Shown here: positions 52,315 through 64,000 of the stretch, in pieces
Layout: each line of letters opens with the position of its first letter
Position numbering within the stretch: position 1 is the stretch's first letter
From: Mobula birostris
Taxonomy: Eukaryota
Length of the DNA: 64,000 nt
Assembly: GCF_030028105.1 (NCBI RefSeq)
Contig: NC_092395.1
Span: forward strand, 30,348,424 to 30,412,423
Reading direction: 5' to 3'
Program-made: the position numbers and the translations under genes
Notes under the pieces: generated by a model
The model's input: only the letters and a program-made list of their open reading frames with translations
What the model was told of the DNA's origin: nothing
Database searches by the model: none

Positions 52315-53560
52315 ATGTATACCACCTGGACAAAAAAGACACATATGTTCGAATGCTGTTCATAGACTTCAGTTCAGCATTCAACACAATCATTCCTCAG
52401 CACCTGATTGGAAAGCTGAGCCTACTGGGCCTGAACACCTCCCTCTGCCACTGGATCCTAGACTTCCTGACTGGGAGACCTCAGTCAGTCCGGATTGGAA
52501 GCAGCATCTCCAACACCATCACACTGAGCATGGGGGCCCCCCAGGGCTGTGTGCTCAGTCCACTGCGGTTCACTCTGTTGACCCACGACTGTGCTGCAAC
52601 ACACAGCTCGAACCACATCATCAAGATCGCCGATGACACGACTGTGGTGGGTCTCATCAGCAAGAACGATGAGTCAGCATACAGAGAGGAGGTGCAGCGG
52701 CTAATGGACTAGTGCAGAGCTAACAACCTGTCTCTGAATGTAAACAAAACAGAAGAGATGGTTGCTGACTTCAGGAGGACTCTCTGCTGAACATCGATGA
52801 CTCCTCCATAGAGATTGTTAAGAGCACCAAATTTCTTGGTGTTCACCTGGCGGAGGATCTCACCTGGTCCCTCAACACCAACTCCATAGCAAAGGAAGCC
52901 CAGCAGCATCTCTACTTTCTGCAAAGGCTGAGAAATGTCCATCTCCCACCCCCCATCCTCACCACATTCTACAGAAGTTGTATTGAGAGCATCCTGAGCA
53001 GCTGCATCACTGCCTGGTTCCGAAATTGCACCATCTTGGACCGCGAGACCCTGCAGTGGATTGTGAGGTCAGCTGAGAAGATCATCGGGGTCTCTCTTCT
53101 TGCCATTACAGACATTTGCACCACATGCTGCATCCGTAAAGTAAACAGCATTATGAAGGACCCCATGCACCCCTCATACAAACTCTTCCCTCTCCTGCCA
53201 TCTGGCAAAAGGCACCGAAGCACGACCAGACTATGTAACAGTTTCTTCCCCCAAGCCATCAGACTCCTCAATACCCAGAGCCTGGACTGACACCAACCTA
53301 CTGCCCTCTACTGTGCCTATTGTCTTGTTTATTATTTATTGTAATGCCTGCACTGTTTTGTGCACTTTATGCAGTCCTGGGTAGGTCTGTAGTCTAGTGT
53401 AGTTTTATGATGTTTTATGTAGTTCAGTGTAGTTTTTGTATTGTTCATGTCGCACCATGGTCCTGAAAAACGTTGTCTCATTTTTACTATGTTCCGTACC
53501 AGCAGTTATGGTCAAAATGACAATACAAAGAGACTTGACTTGATTTGACTTGATTTGACA
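52315..53560 (+). mobile_element. Rex1/Babar LINE RT-to-3' fragment
   Basis: [16 protein letters not shown]...[19 protein letters not shown]...[13 protein letters not shown] are RT motifs; (acttg)n tail. Confidence 0.92.
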
Positions 53561-53744
53561 ATAAGACAATATGTTCAACTTTGTACATGCCCACTTAACC
53601 ATCATAACAGAGAAATTGCTGATAATCATGGGGAATATGGGGAAAGACCAACAAGCTCTGATCTTATTTCAAAGTTCAAGGTATATTTATTATCAAAGTA
53701 TGTATAAGGTTGGCTGTATATACATTATTTCTACTTTATATAGG

Positions 53745-54044
53745 CTGTGTATTAATCATATCATTCCTGCTTTTACTATATGCTAGTGTTATTTTAGGTT
53801 TTATGTGCTATTTGGTATGATTTGGTAGGTTATTTTTTGGGTCCGGGAATGCTCAAAAAGTTTTCCCATATAAATTAATGGTAATGGCTTCTTCGCTCTA
53901 CGCCATTTTTGCTTACGAACGGTTTCACAGGAACACTCTACCTTCCTGGGGGAAATACGGGACAAGGGTGGTCCCGTATGGGACAAACCAGTTTAGCCCA
54001 ATATACGGGATGTCCCGGCTAATACTGGACAGTTGGTAACCCTA
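53745..54044 (-). mobile_element. Partial hAT-like MITE (only one terminus visible)
   Basis: Minus-strand start tagggttaccaactgtcc...cgggacatcccgtat. Confidence 0.5.
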
Positions 54045-54134
54045 GTATACAACCATGAGATTTATCTCCTTACAGGAAACCACAAAACAAGGAACATGAA
54101 GGAACCCACTGAATAAAATATTAACAGACACTCA

Positions 54135-54138
<4 letters not shown>

Positions 54139-54188
<50 letters not shown>
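54139..54188. repeat. (AG)n microsatellite
   Basis: About 25 AG units. Confidence 0.97.
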
Positions 54189-54195
<7 letters not shown>

Positions 54196-55035
54196 AACAC
54201 AAATCGTGCAAACAATAAATGCAAGCAACAGCATTCAGAAGGAAAGTGAGTCTATAGATACAAAGCCCAGAGCTGGCCCACAGCCTTGGTTCATCTCACA
54301 ACGAGGCAAGTTTGAATGGCGGAGCAGGCTCACTGAGCCAAATGACCTGCTCGTGGTCCTATTGCCTTCTTTTCTATATATTCCCATCATTTATGATACC
54401 CCCCAAGCTGAGGAGGCAGCTAAGAATCACCCACCCAGGGTGGGTCCACAATCACACGTTAGCCGGAGCAGATTTCCTCCTTGAAGGCAGGAGGGCTTGA
54501 TAGTTACCATTACCGTACTGAGATTAGCTTCTTTCTTCATACTTCATTCAAGATCCCCAGCTGCCACAGCGAGATGTGAGCATGTGTCCAGATCAATGGT
54601 CCATAAAGCCGGCTGTTAGCCTAGTAACCTAACCACATCCTTAACATATTCTCTCCTTCCCATGAATGGCCTGAGCACTATAACTGTCCTAACACCTGGA
54701 CATGAGGGAGGAGCTGGCAAAAGTTGACTGGAAAGATACCCTAGCAGGGATGACACTGGAACAATAATGGAAGCTATTTCTGGGAATAATACAGAAGGTG
54801 AAGGATCAGTTCATTCCAAAGAGGAAGAAAGGTTCTAAGGGGAGTAAGGGGCGACCATGGCTGACAAGGGAAGTCAAGGACAGTATAAAAATAAAAGAGA
54901 AGAAGTATAACATAGCAAAGATGAGCGGGAAGCGAGGATTGGGAAACTTGTAAAGAGCAACAGAAGGTAACTAAAAAGGCAATATGTGGGGAAAAAATGA
55001 GGTACAAAGGTAAGCTAGCCAAGAGTATAAAGGAG

Positions 55036-56273
55036 GATAGAAAATAGATGCAGGAGTAGGCCATTCGGCCCTTCGAGCCTGCACCGCCATTTATTATGAT
55101 CATGGCTGATCATCCAACTCAGAACCCCGCCCCAGCCTTCCCTCCATACCCCCTGACCCCCGTAGCCACAAGGGTCATATCTAACTCCCTCTTAAATATA
55201 GCCAATGAACTGGCAACTGTTTCCTGTGGCAGAGAATTCCACAGATTCACCACTCTCTGTGTGAAGAAGTTTTTCCTAATCTCGGTCCTAAAAGGCTTCC
55301 CCTCTATCCTCAAACTGTGGCCCCTCGTTCTGGACTTCCCCAACATCGGGAACAATCTTCTTGCATCTAGCCTGTCCAATCCCTTTAGGATCTTATACGT
55401 TTCAATCAGATCCCCCCTCAATCTTCTAAATTCCAACGAGTACAAGCCCAGTTCATCCAGTCTTTCTTCATATGAAAGTCCTGCCATCCCAGGAATCAAT
55501 CTGGTGAACCTTCTTTGTACTCCCTCTATGGCAAGGATGTCTTTTCTCAGATTAGGGGACCAAAACTGCACACAATACTCCAGGTGTGGTCTCACCAAGG
55601 TCTTGTACAACTGCAGTAGTACCTCCCTGCTCCTGTACTCGAATCCTCTCACTATAAATGCCAGCATACCATTCGCCTTTTTCACCGCCTGCTGTACCTG
55701 CATGCCCACTTTCAATAACTGGTGTATAATGACACCCAGGTCTCGTTGCACCTCCCCTTTTTCTAATCGGCCACCATTCAGATAATAATCTGTTTTCCTA
55801 TTTTTGCCACCAAAGTGGATAACTTCACATTTATCCACATTAAATTGCATCTGCCATAAATTTGCCCACTCACCCAACCTATCCAAGTCACCCTGCATCC
55901 TCTTAGCATCCTCCTCACAGCTAACACTGCCACCCAGCTTCGTGTCATCCGCAAACTTGGAGATGCTGCATTTAATTCCCTCATCCAAGTCATTAATATA
56001 TATTGTAAACAACTGGGGTACCAGCACTGAGCCTTGCGGTACCCCACTAGTCACCGCCTGCCATTCTAAAAAGGTCCCGTTTATTCCCACTCTTTGCTTC
56101 CTGTCTGCTAACCAACTCTCCACCCACACCAATACCTTACCCCCAATACCGTGTGCTTTAAGTTTGCACACTAATCTCCTGTGTGGGACCTTGTCAAAAG
56201 CCTTCTGAAAATCCAAATATACCACATCCACTGGTTCTCCCCTATCCACTCTACTAGTTACATCCTCAAAAAA
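55036..56273 (-). mobile_element. 5'-truncated CR1 inserted antisense into the plus-strand CR1
   Basis: Uninterrupted frame from EFFEDVTSRVDRGEPVDVVYLDFQKAFDKVPH through FADDTKLGG to the ORF2 stop, followed by the 3' UTR. Confidence 0.92.
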
Positions 56274-57209
56274 TTCTTTAGGTATGTGAAGAGGAAAAGA
56301 ATAGTTGAGACCAAAGTTGGGCCCTTGAAGACAGAAACGGGTGAAATTATTATGGGGAACAAGGAAATGGCAGACAAGTTGAACAGGTTCTTTGGATCTG
56401 TCTTCACTAGGGAAGACACAAACAATCTCGCAGATGTAATAGTGGCCAGAGGACCTAGGGTAACAGAGGAACTGAAGGAGATTCACATTAGGCAGAAAAT
56501 GGTGTTGGATAGACTGATGGGACTGAAGGCTGAAAAATCCCCAGGGCCTGATGGTCTGCATCCCAGGGTACCTAAGGAGGTGGCTCTAGAAATCGTGGAC
56601 GCATTGGTAATTATTTTCCAATGTTCTATAGATTCAGAATCAGTTCCTGCAGATTGGAGGGTAGCTAATGTTATCCCACTTTTTAAGAAAGGAGGGAGAG
56701 AGAAAACAGGCAATTATAGACCAGTTAGCCTGACATCGGTGGTGGGGAAGATGCTGGAGTCAATTATAAAAGATGAATAGCGGCACTTTTGGATAGCAGT
56801 AACAGGATCGGTCCGAGTCCGCATAGATTTACGAAGGGGAAATCGTGCTTGACTAATCTTCTGGAATTTTTTGAGGATGTAACTATGAAAATGGACAAGG
56901 GAGAGCCAGTGGATGTAGTGTACCTGGACTTTTAGAAAGCCTTTGATAAGGTTCCACGTAGGAGATTAGTGGGCAAAATTAGAGCACATGGTATTGAGGG
57001 TAGAGTACTGACATGGATAGAAAATTGGTTGGCAGACAGGAAACAAAGAGTAGGGATTAACGGGTCCCTTTCAGAATGGCAGACAGTGACTAGTGGGATA
57101 CCGCAAGGCTCGGTGCTGGGACCACAGCTATTTACAATATACATTAATGATTTAGATGAAGGGATTAAAAGTAACGTTAGCAGATTTGCAGATGACCCAA
57201 AGCTGGGTG

Positions 57210-58165
57210 TGTCATGGTTCGGTCCGTGAAATCTGTATTCCGGTTCACTGTCCGGTCCATCGACCCTTGCTCCAGGTTTTCCTGTCTACCCTGTTTCTGT
57301 TCTTGTTGAGCTCTAATTGAGTCAGCTGATGCTCATTGGGGCTGGCTGCATAAATACCTTCAGAGACCAGGGCATGGCTGCTGTATTGTTCTTGTCCTTA
57401 CTCCTTGTATCCCTTCCTCTGCCTTCTGTTTCCTCGCCTGAAACCCTGCCTTGTCTTGCCGATAACTCTTGCCTCGCCTTGCTTTGCCAGAAGCCTTGCC
57501 TTGTCTTGCCGGTAACTCCCACCTCACCTGAAGTTCTCGTCTCGCCTTGCATTGCCTGAATCCTTGCCTTGTCTTGCTGGTAACTCTCGCCTCGTCTCGC
57601 CTGCAGTCTTGTCCTGGAGCCACCCTGTACCTAGCTCCCTTCCTGTCCCTTGCCTCCGCCCAGGTAAGCCAGGCCATCTTGCCATTACCTGCGGTTGGTT
57701 CTGTCCCTTCCAGTCCCATGCCTCTGTTGGGTGGTGATCCGCGCCCTGCCCAGGAGTACCGCGCCCTGCCCAGGAGGAGCCTGCCTAGCCTCAAGCCTGA
57801 AGACTCCAGCCTCCTGCCTAGCCTCAAGCCTGAAGACTCCAGCCTCCTGCCTAGCCTCAAGCCTGAAGACTCCAGCCTCCTGCCTAGCATCAAGCCTGAA
57901 GACTCCAGCCTCTTGCCTCCTGCCAAGCCTCATCCTTGCTTAGTCTTGGGGTCCGAGCCAGAGGCAAGACCTAGGCACTGAGTCCTTGTCCAGTCTCTGG
58001 CTCGGAGTCCAAGCCCAGGCTCCTAGCTCTTTTGTCCAGTCCTGTTCCAAGTTCCCGGTTTTTGTGTCCATGTCCTTGTCATCACCCTGTATCCTAGTCC
58101 TGTCCCTAGTACTTCAGTGTCTGTGTCTTGCACTTGGGTCCGTTCCCAGACACGTCCTTATGACA
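57210..58165. mobile_element. Solo LTR (probably Gypsy-type), 956 bp, 5-bp target-site duplication GGGTG
   Basis: TGTCAT...ATGACA termini; gggtg at 57205-57209 and 58166-58170. Removing it restores the CR1 sequence aagctgggtggcagtgtgaaatg. Confidence 0.88.
57781..57912. repeat. 33-bp minisatellite, 4 copies, inside the solo LTR
   Basis: ctgcctagcctcaagcctgaagactccagcctc at 57781, 57814, 57847 and 57880. Confidence 0.93.
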
Positions 58166-59687
58166 GGGTGGCAGTGTGAAATGTGAGGAGGAGGTTATGA
58201 GAATGCAGAGTGACTTGGACAGGTTGGGTGAGTGGGCAGATGCATGGCAGATGCAGTTTAATGTGGATAAATGTGAGGTTATCCACTTCGGTGACAAGAA
58301 CAGGAAGGCAGATTACTATCTGAATGGTGTCGTTAGGAAAAGGGAAAGTACAACGAGATCTAGGTGTCCTTGTTCATCAGTCACTGAAAGTAAGCATGCA
58401 GGTACAGCAGGCAGTGAAAAAGAGCTAATGGCATGCTGGTCTTCATAACAAGGGGAATTGAGTATAAGAGCAAAGAGGTCCTTCTGCAGCTGTACAGGGC
58501 CCTGGTGATACCGCACCTGGAGTATTGTGTGCAGTTTTGGTCTCCAAATTTGAGGAAGGACATTCGAGCTATTGAGGGAGTGCAGCGTAGGCTCATGAGG
58601 TTAATTCCCGGGATGGCGGGACTGTCATATGTTGAAAGATTGGAGCAACTGGGCTTGTATACACTGGAATTTAGAAGGCTGAGAGGGGATCTGATTGAAA
58701 CATAAGATTATTAAGGGATTGGACACGATAGAGGCAGGAAACATGTTCCCGATGTTAGGGGAGTCCAGAAACAGAGGCCACAGTTTAAGAATAAGGGGTA
58801 GGCCATTTCGAACGGAGTTGAGGAAAAACATTTTCACACAGAGTTGTGGATCTGTGGAATGCTCTGCCTCAGAGGGCAGTGGAGGCCAATTCTCTGGATT
58901 CTTTCAAGAAAGAGTTAGGTAGGGCACTTAAAGATAGCGGAGTCAAGGGATATGGGGAGAAGGCAGACAAAGGGTACTGATTGTGGATGATCAGCCATGA
59001 TCACAGTGACTGGCGGTGCTGGCTTGAAGGGACAAATGGCCTACTCCTGCACCTATTGTCTATTGTCATCTGCCTTTCATTGTTGTGCACTGCAGCTGCC
59101 CAGGAAGCAAAATGCTTGAGGAAACATTTCATACAGTATAGGAATTTCATTAGTATGAGAAGTCACACTAGAGCAACTTTTAGAATATAGAACATAGAAA
59201 TCTACAGCACATTACAGGTCTTTCAGCCCACAATGTTGTGCTGACCATGTAACCTACGCTCAAAACTGCCTAGAATTTCCCTACTGCATAGCTCTCTGTT
59301 TTTCTAAGCTCCATGTACCTATCTAAGAGTCCCTTAAAAGACCCTATTGTATCCGTTTCCACCACCATCGCTGGCAGTGCATTGCACATTTTAGATTAAG
59401 GAGATTCATTAAGATGTGCAAGGTGAGTTTTTCTCGTAAATCAGGTTTAGGGTTTCACTGAATTTATAATCCAGCCATTCTCCGTCCTGGCCTCAGGATC
59501 GACCCTGACTCCAGGTTTATACTGTTAGGTTGTCTTTGGAAAGAATCAAAACAGTCAGCTTGCACCTGTACACGTTTCGCTGGACGGGATGGAGAGACAC
59601 AGGATCTCCAGATTGCATTTAGCTAGTGTATGTATAGAAAGAGGTTATAAAGAGGGCGGATGGAAAGGCCTTTGGTTCTCCTCTAAC

Positions 59688-59777
59688 CTTTTCCAATGAA
59701 GACAAAGTGAGGGAGTCTCCTGCAGCAGGGTCTCTCTTTAAGCCCAAAACTCCGGTGGTCTGTCAGAATTCCAGCAT
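59688..59777 (-). pseudogene. pnhd: pinhead exon (CCRR motif)
   Basis: ccttctgcag|(D)AGILTDHRSFGLKERPCCRRLPHFVFIGK+G|gttaga, compared with Pinhead CCRRxSHFxYIGxD. An alternative same-phase acceptor lies at 59760. The exon is absent from the ORF track. Confidence 0.82.
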
Positions 59778-60574
59778 CTGCAGAAGGAGCAAGGATCAGA
59801 ATCAAGTTTAATATCTCCGGCATATGTCATGCAATTTGAAACAGAGAACATAGAAAAGTACGGCACAGCGACAGTGCCTTCATCCTGCAGTCTGTGCCAA
59901 GCACGATGCTGATCCTTTTACCTGCACGCGATGCTTTTGCCTATCAAAAAGCCTCTCGAATTCTTGTACCTGCTTCCACCACAATTCCTTGCACTGAGAA
60001 AGAGATTCTGTCTGTCTACTCTGTCTATGCTTCCCATAATCTTATAAACTTCTATCATGTCTCCTCTCAGCTTCTGATGCTCTAGAGAAAACAACCATAT
60101 ACATCAGAGCAGAATTAGACCGTCTAGCCCCTTGAGTCTGCTTCGCCATTCCATCATGACTGATTTATTATCCCTCTCAACCCCGCTCTCCTGAAACCAC
60201 TGACACCCCTTACTGATCGAGAACTTATCAGCCTTTCTTGGTTTGTCCAACCTCTCCTTATTGCTCACACCCTCTAATCCAGTCAATATCCTGGAAATAC
60301 TCTCCTGAACCCCCTCCAAAGCCTTCACGCCCTTCTTGTATTTGCTTGACTGGAAATGCATGCAAGTCTGGTGTAACCAATGTTTTATACATGTATATCA
60401 TGACTTCCTGACTCGTATACTCTGTGCCCCTAGTGAGGAAGACAAGTATGACATATGCTATCTTTACCACCCTATTCCTAATTGTAAAATGATAATTAAG
60501 TAAAAAATTAATATGTAAAATATCAGCCTTACCTTCTCCTAATGTAGTAAGCTATCAATTCCCATGGTTATCTT

Positions 60575-61732
60575 GACTATACCTCTTCCCACCCATCTGC
60601 TGCGAAAATGCTATCCCCTTTTCTCAGTTCCGTAGCCTCTGCAGCATATGTTCATATGTGGCTTTGCTTTCAAGAACATCTGAGATATTCTTCTCCGAAG
60701 AAAGGGTTTTGAAGTTGCCCTCACCCGCATCTCCTCCATTCCCCGGACATCCACGCTCACCAGTGCCTTAACAGTGAAAGAGTTCCTCTCGTCCTTACTT
60801 ATCAATCCATGAGCCTCCACATTCAACACAGCTTCCACCACCTCCAAAGGGATCCTGCCACTAAGCGTATTTTTACTTTCCCCCACCCCCATCCATTGTC
60901 AACAGGGGTCACTCCCTCCACGATTCCTTTGTCCATTTGACCCTCCCCACTAATCTCCTGGCACTTAACCCTGCAAGCAGCCTACGGTGCTCCACCTGTC
61001 CATTCACCTCCTCCCTCACCTCCATTCAGGGCCCCAGACAGTCCTTCCAAGTGAGGCAATACTTCATGTGCGAATCTGCTGGGATCATCAATTGTGTCCA
61101 GTGCCTCTGATGCAGCCTCCTCTACATTGGTGAGACCCATCGTAAATTGGGGGACCATTTCGTCAAGCAACTCCGCACCATTCGCCACAAGCGGGACTTC
61201 CCGGTGGCAAACCGTTTTAATTCCGAATCCCACTCCCGTTCTGACGTATCAGTCCATGGCTTCCTCTTGTGCCAAGATGAAGCCACCCTCAAGATGGAGG
61301 AACAGCAGCTTATATTCCATCTGGGTATCCTCTAATCTGATGGTATGAATATCAATTTCTCCCCCCTCCCCTTCTGCTATTCCCCTCTCTGACCTTTTAC
61401 CTCTTCTCACCTACCTATTATTTCTCCCTGGGTCCCATCCTTCTTCCTTTTCTCCTATTGTCCATGCTCCTCTCCTATCAGATTCCTTCTTCCCCAGCCC
61501 TCGATCTTTCTCACCCACCTGGCCTCACCTATTACCTTCTAGCTAGCCTCGTCCCCTCCCCTCAGCTTTTTATTCTGGCGTTTTCCCCCTCCCTTTTCAA
61601 TTCTGAAGCAGGGTCTAGGCCCGAAATGTCGACCATTTATTCATTTCTGTAGATGCTGCCTGACCTGCTGAATTCCTCCAGCATTTTGTGTGTGTTGCTT
61701 TGGATTTCTAGCATCCTCAGACTTTCTCGTGC
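60575..61732 (+). mobile_element. Penelope-like element fragment (GIY-YIG region)
   Basis: LYIGETHRKLGDHFVKQLRTIRHKRDFPVANRFNSESHSRSDVSVHGFLLCQDEATLKMEEQQLIFHLGIL. Confidence 0.8.
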
Positions 61733-61947
61733 TTATAATGTAGTAAGGTCTGTTCTGATCTTTAAAGGTTTAAAAAATGGAGCCAGCTGCTACTTGCATC
61801 AACTCCAATATTTAGCCATCAAATATCATCCAGACCAGTCCATTTCCATATATTTCTGCGCATACTTTTCCTTTCAACTCTAACGTCACAGTGGACATCT
61901 GATGTCAGCAGCAAGAGCAGAGGTGGGCACTCCAAGATTGTAATTAC

Positions 61948-62017
61948 CTGTGGGAGCAGCGTAGTAGCTGCTGAGGACAGTAAATAGACAGGAGGCTCTT
62001 TCAGTCAGTCGAGGCAT
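61948..62017 (-). pseudogene. pnhd: Candidate pinhead first exon (weak signal peptide)
   Basis: ATG CCT CGA... gives MPRLTERASCLFTVLSSYYAAPT+G|gtaatt. The phase-1 donor fits the next exon and it lies in non-repeat sequence, but there is no diagnostic homology. Confidence 0.35.
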
Positions 62018-62403
62018 CTTCCAACATGACCTCTTAGCTCTGTCAGGTGCTTTTCTGTGCTTTTATGTTTGGGGACACAGAAGGGGTGGAGTGTATGCTG
62101 CTGGCTTGGTCCCTGCCCCATTTTCATTGGGTCAATGCTGACCAGCTGCTTCTAGACAATCACTTTAAAGACACCCTGAAATGAGAAAGGTCTGCTGGCT
62201 TTATGGCTGATAAGGTTGGCTTCCAGAGAGTTTATTACAGGTCGGGATGAGAATACTGTTTAACATGCTCTTTAGTTAAAAGTTTGTTGCAGCTGCTTTA
62301 AAATGAGGAGACATGAAAGAATTCCCCCAGTCGCTTAGTGGAGATCATGCTGGGGGGTGGCGGGGGCAAGAGAGCAGGTGACAAACACAGCAGGGGAACA
62401 GGG

Positions 62404-63795
62404 CAGTGGCGGCGCCAGAGATTTTTTCTTGCTGGTGCTACAGTGGGGCTGAATTATTCAGTGATGGTGCTGAGGGATGTACCCTATGGTAATATGTATT
62501 CGCAAGGCCAGACGCATGGCGTTTAAAAGTCAGTTTCAAGCATTATGTGCCTACTATAAATGCCTCTGTTAATTCACAAGCAACAGCAATTGATAAATAT
62601 AATATAGAAGTGAACTGTGACAGTGTCAACAGCATTGGAGACAACCCGGGCTACACAGAGCATAAACAAACAAACCAACAGAGCATCCGACCCACAGCGC
62701 ACAACGTGAATCACACACCAATCCCACAATCAGCGTCAAATGTGTGCTTTCCAACTGAAAAACACAACACTAACCCACGATGTCCACGGCTATTCGCATT
62801 ACATAGACAGACAATGCCAAAAGATACACTGTTATTAAAGTCAAATAAAGCAAACAACAAGGCTTTACCAGGAGTTGGACAAATCGTACTCTGACCATAC
62901 AATACCTCAATTAGTTCAGCTACTGAATTTAAAACAAAAATCAACAGAATCACCGCTTGGAAGTTTAAGCAAAACCAGTAGGCTTTATAGCAGTAAATGT
63001 AGTAGTTTAGGATTTGCTGGAAACATAAGAACTATGGGGTATCCACCACTAAATAATAATAATAATCAGCATTAGTCTTGGCCCAAATTTTTAAAAAATC
63101 AACTGCACTCACCGTTGATGTTTTCAGAGAAGCACAATCCGTCTGTTGCTGTGATTTATGGTGAAAGTATCAATGATTTTCTGAATGTCAAGTGCTTTGG
63201 TCCTCCGGCTGTTTATGGCCAACAGGGCCAAGTTGCTGTTCCGAGCATCGCCGCTGCTATTCCTTAGGTAGTTTTTGAGGCGTCTGAGGAAAGAGAAACT
63301 CCGTTTGCATGAGGCAAATGTCACAGGTAGAGTCAGTGATATGCAGATTAGTTTGTATAAATCTATAAATGCATTGCGGTAGGGTCTCATTGGAGCTAGA
63401 AATTCCACTGTGTCATTCACTGTCTGTCCTTGCTAGAGACTCAACTTCTGCTCTCATATACTCATGATTTTCTTGAACAATCTTTGCATGTCCTTTGTCA
63501 AGCATATTTCCCAATCTTGAGCCATCTTGTTTTCTCAATCTGAATTCGGCCCATGCCTCATAGCAAATTTATGAGCTGCACTTACATGGTGGGTTTTGAA
63601 AGCTGTTGTAGCTTTTCACCAGTTGCGGTAACCAGTGACAGTGAAGGTAGACTCAGAATGGAACCCATGTCCTCCACACAGGAAATGCCTGCATGCGAAG
63701 CAGAACGTAGTATCTTTCGTGATCGAATATTCCAGTCAGTCCAACCAACCACGAATAAATCTCCTTTGCTGATTGCCAAACTGTTGTGAGCAGCG
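62404..63795 (-). mobile_element. hAT DNA transposon relic (hATC dimerization domain, ZMYM1-like transposase)
   Basis: ORF 63124-63420: LTLPVTFASCKRSFSFLRRLKNYLRNSSGDARNSNLALLAIN. The hAT-like terminus cagtggcggcgccag begins at 62404. Confidence 0.8.
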
Positions 63796-63804
63796 AAGCG
63801 CAAA

Positions 63805-64000
63805 CACGAGGAATTCTGCAGATACTGGAAATTCAAGCAACACACATCAAAGTTGCTGGTAAACGCAGCAGGTCAGGCAGCATCTCTAGGAAGAGGTACA
63901 GTCGACGTTTCAGGCCGGGACCCTTCGTCCTGAAACAAAGGGTGGGCAAGGGGTATAGTGAGAGGGACAGAGGGAGAAAAAGGAGAGAGAGAGAAAGAAT
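63805..64000 (-). mobile_element. Penelope-like element terminus, truncated by the window edge
   Basis: Reverse complement of the 7.9-8.0 kb and 44.2-44.57 kb sequence. Confidence 0.75.

Larger units (their letters stand above)
54685..59067 (+). mobile_element. Long CR1 LINE (ORF2 to 3' end) split by two insertions
   Basis: Colinear pieces 54685-55039, 56274-57209 and 58166-59067: FFRYVKRKR...KSPGPDGLHPRV...NYRPVSLTSVVGKMLE; SGIPQGSVLGPQLFTIYINDLD...FADD; (ctattgt)2 tail. Confidence 0.92.
41245..62017 (-). pseudogene. pnhd: Pinhead homolog, probably a unitary pseudogene. Exons: 62017-61948 (tentative), 59777-59688, 51337-51195, decayed ~51136-50875, 43411-43230, 43120-43062, 41404-41245
   Basis: Exon translations match Pinhead motifs in the correct order with compatible phases, and the locus sits in tandem upstream of ADMP. 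The central exon has stops and a frameshift, and two cysteines are replaced. Confidence 0.8.

Noticed and set aside
55119-56561. 480-aa ORF, the longest in the window, as a novel RT fusion gene
   Set aside because: It is chimeric by accident: the first ~96 aa are antisense read-through of the plus-strand CR1, and the rest is ordinary CR1 ORF2.
57781-57912. 33-bp repeats (and the 32-33 bp array at 28526-28722) as CRISPR-like arrays or repeat proteins
   Set aside because: Head-to-tail units with no unique spacers, inside eukaryotic mobile elements; these are minisatellites.

Overview
Vertebrate genomic DNA, repeat-rich and intron-containing. The repeat types (CR1, Rex1/Babar, Penelope, tRNA-SINEs) suggest a cartilaginous fish, probably a ray; this is inference. 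Four gene loci can be read by hand from splice signals and translations. (1) The first coding exon of a NIM1K-like kinase (minus strand; the gene runs off the left edge). (2) A complete 4-exon POLE4 (plus, 118 aa) with a promoter holding four CCAAT boxes and an E2F site. (3) A complete 5-exon ADMP, a BMP-family organizer gene (minus, 375 aa). (4) About 14.7 kb upstream of ADMP, in the same orientation, a Pinhead (pnhd) homolog spread over about 41.2-62.0 kb. This reproduces the ancient Pinhead-Admp tandem pair. Here Pinhead looks like a decaying pseudogene: five well-supported exons keep open frames and GT-AG sites, but the central exon is reduced to a remnant with stops and a frameshift, skipping it gives an immediate stop, and two family cysteines are replaced (C>W, C>Y). 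Other points of interest are a Penelope-derived minimal hammerhead ribozyme with an intact core, sense within POLE4 intron 1, and a three-layer nested insertion (CR1, inverted CR1, solo LTR) in a pinhead intron. Homology calls rest on my recollection of family sequences, not on database searches.
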